DNA of 64,000 nucleotides, from the NCBI GenBank assembly GCA_038213805.1, contig JBBQSO010000004.1:52337-116336 (forward strand). The letters run 5' to 3'. The DNA comes from Planctomycetota bacterium (GTDB lineage: Bacteria; Planctomycetota; UBA11346). A program made the position numbers and the translations under genes. Within the stretch, counting starts at the first letter, position 1. Each line of letters begins with the position of its first letter. The notes beneath the pieces were generated by a model. It was given only the letters and a program-made list of their open reading frames with translations, had not been told where the DNA came from and did not search any database. Shown here piece by piece: positions 46,870 through 58,162 of this stretch.

Positions 46870-47149
46870 GCGAACAAGGGGCGTAACATGCCGATCCGCG
46901 ACGTTCAAAACGGGGGCGGAAGCGTCAGTCGCCCATCCCAACCCATGGATGCAATACCAACGACATTTTTAGCAGTCCTTTCCATGAATCGGCATGCCAA
47001 AGCCAATGGTCGTTGAGCTAGGTTTGAATTCCGCGGCGAGCGAAATTCTCCAGTACTTCCCCGCACAGAGGCGGACTGGTTCTCAGATGGCGCCTCGTCG
47101 AGGCATCGGTGCAAGATTTCCGCGCTGGGGGGACGGATAATCAGCGGAG

Positions 47150-48373
47150 TTACCCCTTGACCGAATGCAAACGGCGCGATTCCGAGCGCATTTCAACAAC
47201 GCCCGAGGGTTCGTTGGGCCAGGTCGGGCTGGAGGCGGGATCCGCTCGGAGCACGCCCTCGACCATCCTCCGGTAGACCCACTCTAGGCGCATCGCCATA
47301 AGATTCCGGCAGTGGCCCACCTTGGCGAGTCGCTCCGCACGGTTGCGCAGACGCTCGGTGGCCTGCGGGTCACGGTGGAGGTCACGGATGATGCGCGCTG
47401 CAGCGCGCCCGTTTCCGGCCGGGAAAAGCCGCCCGCTAATGCCATCGCGTACAAGGTCGCGGTTTCCGACAACATCACTGGCAATGACCACCAACCCCGA
47501 ACGCCACGCCTCCAGCACGGCAAGCGGCATGCCCTCCCAGCGCGAGGTCGACAGGTAGACGTGAGCCCCAGCTAGGACGCGCGCCGGGGTGTCGGTGCTG
47601 GCGTGGAAGTGCAGGCGGTCGCCGACCCCGCGGCGCTTCGCCTCGGCCGTCAGGGTGGGGCATTCCAGGTTCTCGCCGAAGGCGTCGATGCGGTAGTTCA
47701 CGCCGAGAAGGTGCAGGACGCGCGCGATCTCTGCTAACAGCTCGGGGTGCTTCTGGTGGTTCCGGCGTGTAAAGCTGACGATGCGCAGGGGACCGTCGAC
47801 CGGCCAAGGGGCCCAGGCCGGCGCCTCGCCGCCGAGGTCGATGCCGTTCGGTACTACCGCCAGCTTGCCGCGGTAGTGCCGCCAGCGCGCATGCACTAGG
47901 TCGGCCTCGCCAGCCGAGACCGCGACGCCGCAATGGGTGAGGCGGCCGAGCAGGCGTTCGGCGAGGTTGTAGACCCCGTGCTTGAGGCTGTTCGTCACCG
48001 GCACGCCGTGGAAGGTGTGCACCACCGGGATGCCCAGGCTTAGGCCAAGGATGCGGCTGTAGGCGCCGGCGCAGGTGCCATGACTGTGGATCACCTGGAT
48101 GCCATGGGCGCGCGCGAAGGTGCGCAGACGCCAGAAGGCGCGCCCGGACAGGCTGCGTTGCGGGATCGCGCACAACCGCTCCGCGCCGAGGATGCGGGAA
48201 AAACGGCCCCAGTAGATGCCGTTATCGGGGCAGGCGATGTGGTGATCGATGCCGGGCAGGGCGGCACCGATGACCTGGAGGATGTGCTCGGGTCCGCCGC
48301 CGTGGTCGCTGCGTCCGCTGACATGGAGCACGCGCACGCTGGTTGTCGTAGGTGACGATGGGGTCTGCGTCAT
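47150..48373 (-). CDS. GT4 glycosyltransferase
   Basis: GGGPEH, IHSHG, HTFHG, VPNGID, SRWEGMPLAVLEA, SDVVGN. Confidence 0.9.
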   Translation of the reverse strand: MTQTPSSPTTTSVRVLHVSGRSDHGGGPEHILQVIGAALPGIDHHIACPDNGIYWGRFSRILGAERLCAIPQRSLSGRAFWRLRTFARAHGIQVIHSHGTCAGAYSRILGLSLGIPVVHTFHGVPVTNSLKHGVYNLAERLLGRLTHCGVAVSAGEADLVHARWRHYRGKLAVVPNGIDLGGEAPAWAPWPVDGPLRIVSFTRRNHQKHPELLAEIARVLHLLGVNYRIDAFGENLECPTLTAEAKRRGVGDRLHFHASTDTPARVLAGAHVYLSTSRWEGMPLAVLEAWRSGLVVIASDVVGNRDLVRDGISGRLFPAGNGRAAARIIRDLHRDPQATERLRNRAERLAKVGHCRNLMAMRLEWVYRRMVEGVLRADPASSPTWPNEPSGVVEMRSESRRLHSVKG

Positions 48374-48626
48374 GGCGTAGAGGCGATGGTACGGGCCTGG
48401 ATGAGCTCTGTCCATTGGCTGCCGACCCTCTTCATGCGACTACGGAGAGGCGACTTAGGGGGTGTCGCATCACGCCGCATCACTGCAGGACGCACGGTCG
48501 TTCATCATGTCCCTTGGCCAGCGGTGCGCACGCGAGCGAGCCGCACGATGCCCTAGAAGATGTCGGCATGGCTGTTTCAGGTCCTCGTGTGGGTGCCGGC
48601 GGCCGCCCCGGGAGCGATCGCTAACC

Positions 48627-50053
<1,427 letters not shown>

Positions 50054-50057
<4 letters not shown>

Positions 50058-51241
50058 GGCGCGTCCGCGAGCAGGCGCGCGCCGGCGCGCTCGGGTCCGA
50101 GGGGGCCGTCGGTCTGGAAGGCCGCCCAGGCGTTGGCGAGCAGGGTGCGGAAGCGCGCCTGGAAGCGCGGCCGCGCGAAGCCCTCGGCGTGGACGCGGAT
50201 GCGCTGGGGTGAAAAGGAGGACTCCTCCACGGTGAAGCGCGTCAGCGCCGCGGCAACGCTGGCCGGGGTCTGGGCGTCGAACCACAGGCCGCTCAGGCCG
50301 GGGATCACGGTCTCGCAGGCGCCGCCGCGGCCGTAAGCGATGACCGGGGTGCCGCAGGCCATGGCCTCGACGGGCAGGATGCCGAAGTCCTCCTCGGCGG
50401 CGAAGACCAGGGCGCGGGCGCGCTGCAGGTGATCCTTGAGCACGGCGTGCGGAGCGTGACCGAGGAAGGTGGTGTTGGCCCCGGCCAGGGCCTGCAGCCG
50501 TGCGCGCTCGGGGCCGTCGCCGATCACCACCAGGCGCAGGTCGGGGCGCGTGCCAAAAGCAGCGACGATCACGTCCAGGCGCTTGTAGGAAACCAGGCGC
50601 GAGGCGGCGACGAAGAAGTCCCCGCGCGCGGTGGCACCGGGCGCGAAGGCGGCAACGTCGACCGGCGGCGGCAGCACCAGCGCGGGGCGCCGCCAGGTCT
50701 TCTCGATGCGCCGCGCCACGCACGCCGAGTTCGCCACGAACAGGTCGACGCGCGCGGCAGTGGCCACGTCCCACTGGCGCAGGCGGTGCAGAATGGGGCG
50801 CGCGATGAGGTTGCGCAGGCCGCGCAGCGGGCCACCGGCAGCCAGGTACTGGTGGTGCAGGTCCCAGGCGTAGCGCATCGGCGAGTGCACGTAGCAGACG
50901 TGCAGCTGGTCGGCGCGCGTCAGCACGCCCTTGGCCACCGCGTGGTGCGAGGACACCACGATGTCGTAGGCGGAAAGGTCGAAGCGCTCGACGGCGGCCG
51001 GCATGAAGGGCAGCAGCTGCTGGTAGAAGCGTCGCGCGCCCGGCCAGCGGTTGAGGTGCGAGGCGATCACGGTGCGGTCCGCCAGGCCGGTGCCGACCAG
51101 CGCGCGCGGGTCGTGGACGGTGGTGTGGATGGGCGCGGTCGGCCACAGCTCGGCGAGCGCCTCGACGACACGCTCTGAACCTGCGTAGCTGACCAGCCAC
51201 TCGTGCACCAGGGCGAGGCGGGGATCGGGCTGCTCCTTCAT
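50054..51241 (-). CDS. GT4 glycosyltransferase (WbaZ-like mannosyltransferase family)
   Basis: VHEWL...GSERV, YVHSPMRYAWD, EEDFGILPVEAMACGTPV. Confidence 0.92.
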
Positions 51242-52392
51242 GCCGTCACCATCCCACCGTCAGGGGTCGCGGCGGCGCCGGCGGGTGTGCCGGGCCAGCC
51301 GGCAACCGCGGACAGCGCTGTCCAGGTCTGGTCCGCGGCACGGGCCCAGGAAAATTTCTGCGCGCGCGCGCGGCCGAGGGCGACCAGACGGGCGCGCTCG
51401 GCGGGGTCGCTGGCGACCGCCGCGATGCCCGCGGCGATGTCGCGCACGTCCAGGGGATCGACGTAGCGCACCGCGTCGGCGCACACCTCCTGCACGGCCG
51501 GGATGCGCGCGGCGACGACCGCGGTGCCGGCCGCCATGGCTTCGAGCGGGGGCAGGCCGAAGCCCTCGTAGAGCGAGGGGAAGGCCAGCAGGCGGGCGTG
51601 GGCGACGTGGCGCCGCACCTCGGTATCGCTTATGCGGCCGGTGAAGTGCACGCGCGCGCCGAGGCGCGTGGCAAGCTCCGCAACGCGCGGGTCGCCGTTG
51701 AGGAAGCCGTCGCGCTGGCCGACCAGCACCAGGTCGAGGTCGCGGCAGGCTGTGGGCAGCAGCTCGTACGCCGCGAGCAGGCGCAGCAGGTTCTTGTGCG
51801 GTTTGACGTTGCCGACCGCGACCAGGTAGGGCCGCGGGTGCGGCGACGGCCCGGAGTCGCCCTGCGACCAGGCGGCGCCGACGCCGTTGGCGATGACCGT
51901 GGCGGGACAGCGCGGCGCGCCGACCAGGCGGGTGAACTCGGCGGCGGTGAAGCGCGAGACGAACACCAGGCCGTCGGCGCAGCGGCGTGTGCGCGCGAAC
52001 AGCCAGCGCGCCGCCAGGCGGCGGTGCAGACCGCCCATCAGCTCGGGGTGGGCGAGGTGGAAGACATCGTGCACGGTCGTCAGCACTGGGACTGCGGGGC
52101 GCAGCGGCAGGATGTAGTGGGGAAACCACATGGCGTCGGGGGCGGCGCCCACCAGAGGCACCCCGCGGAGTCCGCGCAGCGACAGCACCGGGGCGATCCA
52201 GGGATGCACGTGGACGTTGGCCGCCGCCGTCCACGCGCAGGTCGCGAGGGTCGCGGGGTCGCCATAGCAGCTGAAGGTGGTGTCCGGGTGCGCCGGCACC
52301 AGCTCGGCGAGCACGCTGGCGAGGTAGGTGCCGATGCCGCTGGCGGCGATCATGCGCGCGTCGACGGCGAGGTGGGGCGCAGTGCGCTTCAC
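51238..52392 (-). CDS. GT4 glycosyltransferase (MtfB-like)
   Basis: SGIGTY, TVHD, PHKN, FPSLYEGFGLPPLEAMAAG. Confidence 0.92.
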   Translation of the reverse strand: MKRTAPHLAVDARMIAASGIGTYLASVLAELVPAHPDTTFSCYGDPATLATCAWTAAANVHVHPWIAPVLSLRGLRGVPLVGAAPDAMWFPHYILPLRPAVPVLTTVHDVFHLAHPELMGGLHRRLAARWLFARTRRCADGLVFVSRFTAAEFTRLVGAPRCPATVIANGVGAAWSQGDSGPSPHPRPYLVAVGNVKPHKNLLRLLAAYELLPTACRDLDLVLVGQRDGFLNGDPRVAELATRLGARVHFTGRISDTEVRRHVAHARLLAFPSLYEGFGLPPLEAMAAGTAVVAARIPAVQEVCADAVRYVDPLDVRDIAAGIAAVASDPAERARLVALGRARAQKFSWARAADQTWTALSAVAGWPGTPAGAAATPDGGMVTA

Positions 52393-53405
52393 GACGGTGC
52401 TCCGCCCGACGGCTGTGGCGCGAGGTGCCACTCCCACGGCTGGGCGATCAGGCGGCGCTCGGCGAGCAGGTAGCGCAGGCGCAACAGCAGGAAGGCGAGC
52501 AGGGCGGCGAGTTTGCGCGTCGCAGGCGCGCGCACCGCGCAGGCAAAGCGCAGGTGGGCGCGCGCGCCGCGCCACGGGCCCTTCACCAGATGGCGGCCGG
52601 CGTACCACAGCGACAGCGCGGCGTAGACACCGGTGCTCCACGCCGAGCCGGGTCGCGGGGCGCCGGCGCCGGCGCGGTTGCGGCGCTGCAGGGCGAGGTA
52701 TTCGCGGATGAACACGAAGCTGCTGCCGCTGCGCTCGCGCGCGCTGATCTGGCCGGGGTGCAGGGTGATGCGCGTGGCGACGTCGGCGCTGACCGCGAGA
52801 TCGCCGTGCGCCAGCACGCGCAGGAACAGGTCGACGTCGCTGACAATGCGCATGCCCGGGTCAAAGGCGCCGGCGGCGGCCAGGGCGCTGCGCCGCACCA
52901 GCACCCCGGACGGATAGTTGAACGGGTTGAGCGCCAAGCGCAGGAGCATGGCCAGGGACTCGCCGATCGCGGCGCGGCCGGCGTAGGTGCCGGGCGGCAC
53001 CAGCCAGCCGACCCGACCGCGCGGGTTACCGGCGAGGTCGATGTACTCGCCGCGTGAGGTCAGCAACGCGACTTCCGCGCGTCCTGAGACGATGGCCAGT
53101 TCGCGCGCCAGCGCGCCAGCGACAAGCAGGTCGTCGGAGCACAGGAATTTCACCCACTCGCCCTCGGCGAGTTCGATGCAACGGTTGAAATTGCCGAACA
53201 GGCCGAGATTGCGCGGGTTGCGCACCAGGCGCAGGCGGGGATCGCGCAGCGCTTGCAGGGCTTCCCAGGTGCCGTCGGTCGAGTGGTTGTCGACCACCAG
53301 CACGCACAGTCCCGGGACTTCCTGGGCGAGCGCGGAGGCCACGCAGCGGCCGATCAGGTCGACGCGGTTGAAGACCGGGATCGCGACGGTGCAGTGGGCG
53401 CTCAT
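52389..53405 (-). CDS. GT2 glycosyltransferase
   Basis: IPVFNR, VDNHSTDGT, NLGLFGNFN, LCSDD. Confidence 0.9.
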   Translation of the reverse strand: MSAHCTVAIPVFNRVDLIGRCVASALAQEVPGLCVLVVDNHSTDGTWEALQALRDPRLRLVRNPRNLGLFGNFNRCIELAEGEWVKFLCSDDLLVAGALARELAIVSGRAEVALLTSRGEYIDLAGNPRGRVGWLVPPGTYAGRAAIGESLAMLLRLALNPFNYPSGVLVRRSALAAAGAFDPGMRIVSDVDLFLRVLAHGDLAVSADVATRITLHPGQISARERSGSSFVFIREYLALQRRNRAGAGAPRPGSAWSTGVYAALSLWYAGRHLVKGPWRGARAHLRFACAVRAPATRKLAALLAFLLLRLRYLLAERRLIAQPWEWHLAPQPSGGAPS

Positions 53406-53406
53406 C

Positions 53407-54645
53407 TCACGGCCGTTCCCGGTGCGGGCCAGCCTCAGCGGGGAGCGTGGCGTGGCGGAGCGCCGCGAGGTGCTCGTAGACCGCGACCAGGTCGGTGCAG
53501 CCGGTGGCCTCTGCGCCGGTGTCGGCGGTGCCCAGGCTGCCGGCGTGGGCGTGGCCGAGCAGGCGGCGCAGACCGAGCAGCAGGCGCTGCTGGCGGCCGC
53601 GGCCGCCCAGGCGCATCAGGCGCAGCGCCAGCGCCAGCGGCAGGCCGCGCAGCCAGCGCTCGGTCCAGGTCAGGCGCGCGCGATGCGCGGCGTGCTGCGC
53701 GCGGGTCGCGGTGCCGGCGAGGTGGTAGCGCTTGTAGGCGGTGCCCATCTGCATGTGGCGGTAGCGGCGGTGGTCGGCGCGCAGCCCCAGCTCGGAGAAG
53801 TTCGCGCACAGCTTCTCCATCGCCAACAGCCACGACGACGCGCCGCGCGTGCCCGGCAGCAGCACCGCGGCGAGGCGCTCGGCGTCGCGCTGTGCGGGGG
53901 CGTTGTCGAGGAAGGCGAGGCCTTCGTCCTCCTTGTCGTTGAAGTGGTAGAAGCCGTACGACTTGGGGCTGACGCCGATGATCACGCGCGGCGTCGGTTC
54001 GACCAGGATGCGGCGGGCGAGCAGGAACAGCGCGTTGGTCGCGTAGTAGTCCGGGTAGGGCGACTGGTAGGGCTCGCCCTTGCGGCGCAGCGCCTCAAGC
54101 AGCCGCCGCGAGACCACCGAGTACTGCATGTTGAAGGGGTAGGCCATGCGGAAGCGCAGTGCCTCGTCGACCAGGCGGCGGGCCTCGGCCGGCGGCAGGA
54201 TGTAGGGCTGCGCCGCGGCAAAGATCGGGCTGGCGTCGCGCTTCAGGAAGCCAGACGGCGAACCGGGGATGACGCCCGGGTAGGCGTAGATCCAGGCGTT
54301 GGTGAAGATCAGGTCGGGATCGCCGTGGGCGGCGATCAGCTCGGCCATGCGCGCGAGGTGGCCGGGGGTCAGGCCGTCATCGTCGCCGAGCATCAGCACC
54401 CAGTCGCCGCTGGCGCGCGCGATGGCGTTGTTCCAGTTGTCGGTGACGCACAGCGGGTGCTGCGTACGCACGTAGACGATGCGCGGGTCGGCGAGGCCGG
54501 CGACCCAGCCGGCGATGTCCTCCTCCGAACAGTTGTCGGAGATCACGATCTCCCAGTCCTGGTGGTCCTGGCGGCGCACCGACTCGACCGCGTAGCGCAG
54601 GTAGGTCAGGCGGTTCTTGGTCGGCAGCAGCAGGCTGAACTTCAT
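53407..54645 (-). CDS. GT2 glycosyltransferase
   Basis: LLPTKNR, ISDNCS, DNWN, LGDDDG, PYPDY. Confidence 0.87.
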   Translation of the reverse strand: MKFSLLLPTKNRLTYLRYAVESVRRQDHQDWEIVISDNCSEEDIAGWVAGLADPRIVYVRTQHPLCVTDNWNNAIARASGDWVLMLGDDDGLTPGHLARMAELIAAHGDPDLIFTNAWIYAYPGVIPGSPSGFLKRDASPIFAAAQPYILPPAEARRLVDEALRFRMAYPFNMQYSVVSRRLLEALRRKGEPYQSPYPDYYATNALFLLARRILVEPTPRVIIGVSPKSYGFYHFNDKEDEGLAFLDNAPAQRDAERLAAVLLPGTRGASSWLLAMEKLCANFSELGLRADHRRYRHMQMGTAYKRYHLAGTATRAQHAAHRARLTWTERWLRGLPLALALRLMRLGGRGRQQRLLLGLRRLLGHAHAGSLGTADTGAEATGCTDLVAVYEHLAALRHATLPAEAGPHRERP

Positions 54646-55583
54646 GGCGCCGGCGCCTTGCGGAACACCGCGGTGTAGGCGGTGCCGCGCAGGCCGCGGC
54701 GCTCGAGCGGCATGGCGAGCAGTTCGACGCCGCGCGCGAACACGTGCAGCAGGAAGCGCAGCGGCCGCGCGCGTGCGAGGTTGCGCAGGCTGTGCACCCA
54801 GCCGAAGCGGTTCCAGCCGAGGCTGCCGGGATCGGTGGCGGTGAGCTCCACCTGGACGAAGCCGAGCTCGGCGAGGCGCCGCGCGAGCAGCGCCGCCGGC
54901 ACCAGCTGCAGGTGGCGCGGCGCGTCGAGGTGCGTCCAGCGCCGACCGAACAGGCGGAACTGCAGCGCCAGCGGGTTGGGCTGCGCCAGCACCAGCACGC
55001 CGCCGGGGGCGACGTGCGCGGCGAGCGCGGCGAGGGTGGTCCACGGGCTGGGCAGGTGCTCGAAGACGTGCCACAGCGCGACGACGTCGAAGCGCGGCAG
55101 CGGGGCAAGCGCGCCGGGGACGTCGGTGGCGTGGTGCACGGTGAAGCCCAGGCCACTGAGGAAGCTGCAGCAGCCCGCGTCCATCTCGATGCCTTCGGCG
55201 GTGAAGCCGGCGCTGCGCGCCAGGTGCAGGAACATGCCGTAGGACGGCCCGATCTCGAGCAGCCGCCCGCGCTGCACATGGCGCAGCACCAGGTCGATCT
55301 TGTAGCGGTCGATGGCCGCCGCGGCGGCCAGGCCGGCGGCGTCGGCGGGGATGTCGTGATAGGTGCGGGGGTAGTAACGGCCAAGGTCGGCGGGCACCGG
55401 GTCGACGAACCACAGCCCGCAGTCCGGGCAGCGGTGGTAGGCGAAGCGTTCCGGTGTGGTCGCGTGGTTGGTGTCGCTGGCAGTCAGCGCCACGGGCGCT
55501 GCGGCGGCGCAGGCGGGGCAGGCGCGTGTCGCACTGGGCGCGGCCAGGGCGGCGGTGGCAGGACCGGCTGGAGGCGTGCTCAT
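54642..55583 (-). CDS. Class I SAM methyltransferase with an N-terminal Zn ribbon
   Basis: CPAC...CPDC, LLEIGPSYG, FDVVALWHVFEHL, DAPRHL. Confidence 0.87.
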   Translation of the reverse strand: MSTPPAGPATAALAAPSATRACPACAAAAPVALTASDTNHATTPERFAYHRCPDCGLWFVDPVPADLGRYYPRTYHDIPADAAGLAAAAAIDRYKIDLVLRHVQRGRLLEIGPSYGMFLHLARSAGFTAEGIEMDAGCCSFLSGLGFTVHHATDVPGALAPLPRFDVVALWHVFEHLPSPWTTLAALAAHVAPGGVLVLAQPNPLALQFRLFGRRWTHLDAPRHLQLVPAALLARRLAELGFVQVELTATDPGSLGWNRFGWVHSLRNLARARPLRFLLHVFARGVELLAMPLERRGLRGTAYTAVFRKAPAP

Positions 55584-56578
55584 GCCTTGAAGTGCCCATC
55601 CGAACCGGGGAACGTGACCGCCTGATGGTACTTGATGTAGCGGCCGCGCGGCGCTCCGCGATAGGCGAAGCGCGTGCAGCGCGCCTGCGTCAGGTCGTCG
55701 CCGTGCAGGAAGAAGGCGTGCTGGTCCCAGAACTGCGCGTCGTGGCGGATGAAGTGCGCGACCATGCTGCGCCGCGAGCGCGTGCGGTCGGCGCGGGGCA
55801 GGCCGCCGTGCACCAGCCAGCCGTGCCAGATGAAGATGTCGCCCTTGCGGATCAGGGCCGGGGTCTTGACCGCGCCGCGCTCGGCGATGCGGCGGTGGAG
55901 CAGAGCGATGTAGGCGAGGTAGACCGCGTTCGACAGCGCCAGGTCGTGGCCGGCGCCGGAGGCGGCATGGGCGCGCACGCGCGCCGCCAGCGCGGGGTCT
56001 TCGGCCAGGGCGTCGGCGGCCAGTTGCCGCGGCCACAGGTGGCTACCCTCGATGTAGAACAGCGGCCCGGATTCCGGGTGGATGTCCTCGAGCGCGGTCC
56101 AGCACCCGGCCATGACGTCGTCGGGCCGGGTGTAGAAAAACGCCGCGTCGATGTGCGCCTCCTGCTCGGAGCCGATGTCGAAGGTCAGCGAGCCGAACAG
56201 CACCGGCTCGCCTCCGAAGGCCCAGGCCAGGAAGGCGCGCGCGCGCGGGTTCAGCGCGACCTCCAGTGACTGCCGTTCTTCGGCGTGGAGCAGGCCGATG
56301 CGCATGCCGTTGCCGTGCTCGTCGACGCCGCCGCCGGCGCGCGCACGGAAGCGCGCGATGCGCTCCTTGAGCAGGTCGATCTCCGCTTCGGGGACGGCGC
56401 CGCGCAGCAGTGCCCAGCCCTTCTGCCGGTAGTCGTCCTGCTCGTCGGTGGTTGGCGGCGGCCCGGCAGGGATCGCCGCCGTGCCCAAGTCCCGGGCCTT
56501 CCACAGCAGATCGCGGCCGACGCTGCGGGCCAGGACGGGTAGCTTGCCGGCGAGGGAGGCGATGGTTCGTTGGCGCAT
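55580..56578 (-). CDS. Phytanoyl-CoA dioxygenase (PhyH)-family Fe(II)/2-oxoglutarate oxygenase
   Basis: HxD (AHIDA), WTALED...GPL.Y..GSH, distal His (WHGWLVHGG), RRS. Confidence 0.87.
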   Translation of the reverse strand: MRQRTIASLAGKLPVLARSVGRDLLWKARDLGTAAIPAGPPPTTDEQDDYRQKGWALLRGAVPEAEIDLLKERIARFRARAGGGVDEHGNGMRIGLLHAEERQSLEVALNPRARAFLAWAFGGEPVLFGSLTFDIGSEQEAHIDAAFFYTRPDDVMAGCWTALEDIHPESGPLFYIEGSHLWPRQLAADALAEDPALAARVRAHAASGAGHDLALSNAVYLAYIALLHRRIAERGAVKTPALIRKGDIFIWHGWLVHGGLPRADRTRSRRSMVAHFIRHDAQFWDQHAFFLHGDDLTQARCTRFAYRGAPRGRYIKYHQAVTFPGSDGHFKA

Positions 56579-56600
56579 GTGGGTGGATCGGTTCGGGTGG

Positions 56601-58157
56601 TCAGCGGACCAGGCGCCGCCGGAGGCGGTCCATGGCCGCCTGGCGCATGCCCGCGTCCAGGCAGTGGAAGCCGCAGATGAGGAAGGCCAGCGCGCCGGCG
56701 GCCAGGATCGCCGCGACCGCCACGGGGTTGGTGACAGAGGACCAGACGACGAACATACGGGCCGTTGCGAAAATCGACACCGAGAGCATGGCGAAAGGCA
56801 GGACGCACCGCGCGAGCCAGGGCAGGGTTCGGCAGCCGAGCACCGGGCCCAGGACCAGGGGTGGGAAGGCGATGGTGTAGACCAGGCCCAACCCGGCCCA
56901 GCCCCAGGCGCAGCCGAGCCCGCCGTGGTGCTCGATCAGCAGCCACAGCGCCGGCAAATAGAGCAGGGGCACGACGGAATTGGTGATCAGCGCCGGCCGG
57001 GTGCGCCCGACCGCGAGGGCGAGCACGAAGGGCATCGCCGATACCACCGAGAGCAGGAAGCCGACGGCCAGCCAGGTCATGATCGGGGCCGCGCCGGCGA
57101 CCACCTCCGCAGGCAGGAAGAACGCGAGCAGCTGCGCACTGAAGAACATCAGCATGCCGGCGGGCAGGGCGGTGGCGAAGAGCAGCACCTGGGTGCCCTT
57201 CTCGAAGCGCAGGCGAAGCTCATCCCACCTCCCGGCGCTGGCGTCGGCGCTGAGCGCCGGCATCAGCGCCGCGGTGACGAAGCCCTGGATGAGCGAAATG
57301 CCCATCGCCAGATTGTAGGCAATCGCGTAGTTGCCGAGTTCTTCGCGGCTGGTGAGCCGGCCGAGCAGCAGGCGGTCGGCCTGGGTGATGATGATGCTCT
57401 GCACCGCGATCAGGTTCACCGCCGCGGCGTAGCGCCAGATGCGCGCCAGGGCGGCGGCCTCCAGACGCGGCACCCGGCCGATCGCCGGCAGCAAGCGCCG
57501 GCACGCCACCGCCATCAAGACGACTTCGAGCGTGGCCACGATGAGCAGCCAGATCAGCAGCGCGGCGAGCTGCGGCCAAGCGAGCAGCACGGCGATGCCC
57601 CCGCCGAGGCGGAGCACGGTGACAGCGATCTTGATCAGGTTGAGGACGTCGAGGCGCTGCAGCCCGGTGAGCACGCCCGCGTAGAAGGCCACCGGCCAGC
57701 GCACGGCAAGGGTCGCGCCAGTCATGCGTAGGGCCCACGTCACCAGCCCGGGATCCACGCCGCCGGGCTGGATCCAGTGGGTGGCGATGGCTGGCGCCGC
57801 GGCCACCAACAGCACTCCGACCGCCAGCCCGAGCGCCCAATAGGCGCCGTGCAGCATGGCGATCAGCGGCGCGCTGCCCTGGCGCTGCGGTGAGTGGTCG
57901 GACGAGAGCTCGCGGACCGCGGTCGTGCCCAGGCCGAGGTCGAGGAGCGAGGCGAGCGCCTGCAACGAAGCCATGAAGGCGAGCAGTCCGTAGGTCTCGA
58001 CCCCTAGGAGGCGCGTCTGGATCGGCACTGCGAGCAGGGTCAGCGCCATGGTCAGGGCGCCGCCAATAGCGTTGGCGGCGATATTGCGCGCGATCGCCGG
58101 CGAAGGTGGCGCGCCGGCGATCGCCGGCACGGCCTGGTGCGGATGCGGTGCCGCCAT
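56601..58157 (-). CDS. wzx: Oligosaccharide flippase (Wzx/MATE-like)
   Basis: ARNIAAN, LGVETYG, LDLGLG, QADRLLL...LGNYAIA; about 14 TM. Confidence 0.87.
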   Translation of the reverse strand: MAAPHPHQAVPAIAGAPPSPAIARNIAANAIGGALTMALTLLAVPIQTRLLGVETYGLLAFMASLQALASLLDLGLGTTAVRELSSDHSPQRQGSAPLIAMLHGAYWALGLAVGVLLVAAAPAIATHWIQPGGVDPGLVTWALRMTGATLAVRWPVAFYAGVLTGLQRLDVLNLIKIAVTVLRLGGGIAVLLAWPQLAALLIWLLIVATLEVVLMAVACRRLLPAIGRVPRLEAAALARIWRYAAAVNLIAVQSIIITQADRLLLGRLTSREELGNYAIAYNLAMGISLIQGFVTAALMPALSADASAGRWDELRLRFEKGTQVLLFATALPAGMLMFFSAQLLAFFLPAEVVAGAAPIMTWLAVGFLLSVVSAMPFVLALAVGRTRPALITNSVVPLLYLPALWLLIEHHGGLGCAWGWAGLGLVYTIAFPPLVLGPVLGCRTLPWLARCVLPFAMLSVSIFATARMFVVWSSVTNPVAVAAILAAGALAFLICGFHCLDAGMRQAAMDRLRRRLVR

Positions 58158-58162
58158 GCCGC

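Noticed and set aside
46406..47114. Short ORFs (62-91 aa) in the wzm upstream region
   Set aside because: No RBS or motif support, atypical codon usage, mutually overlapping.
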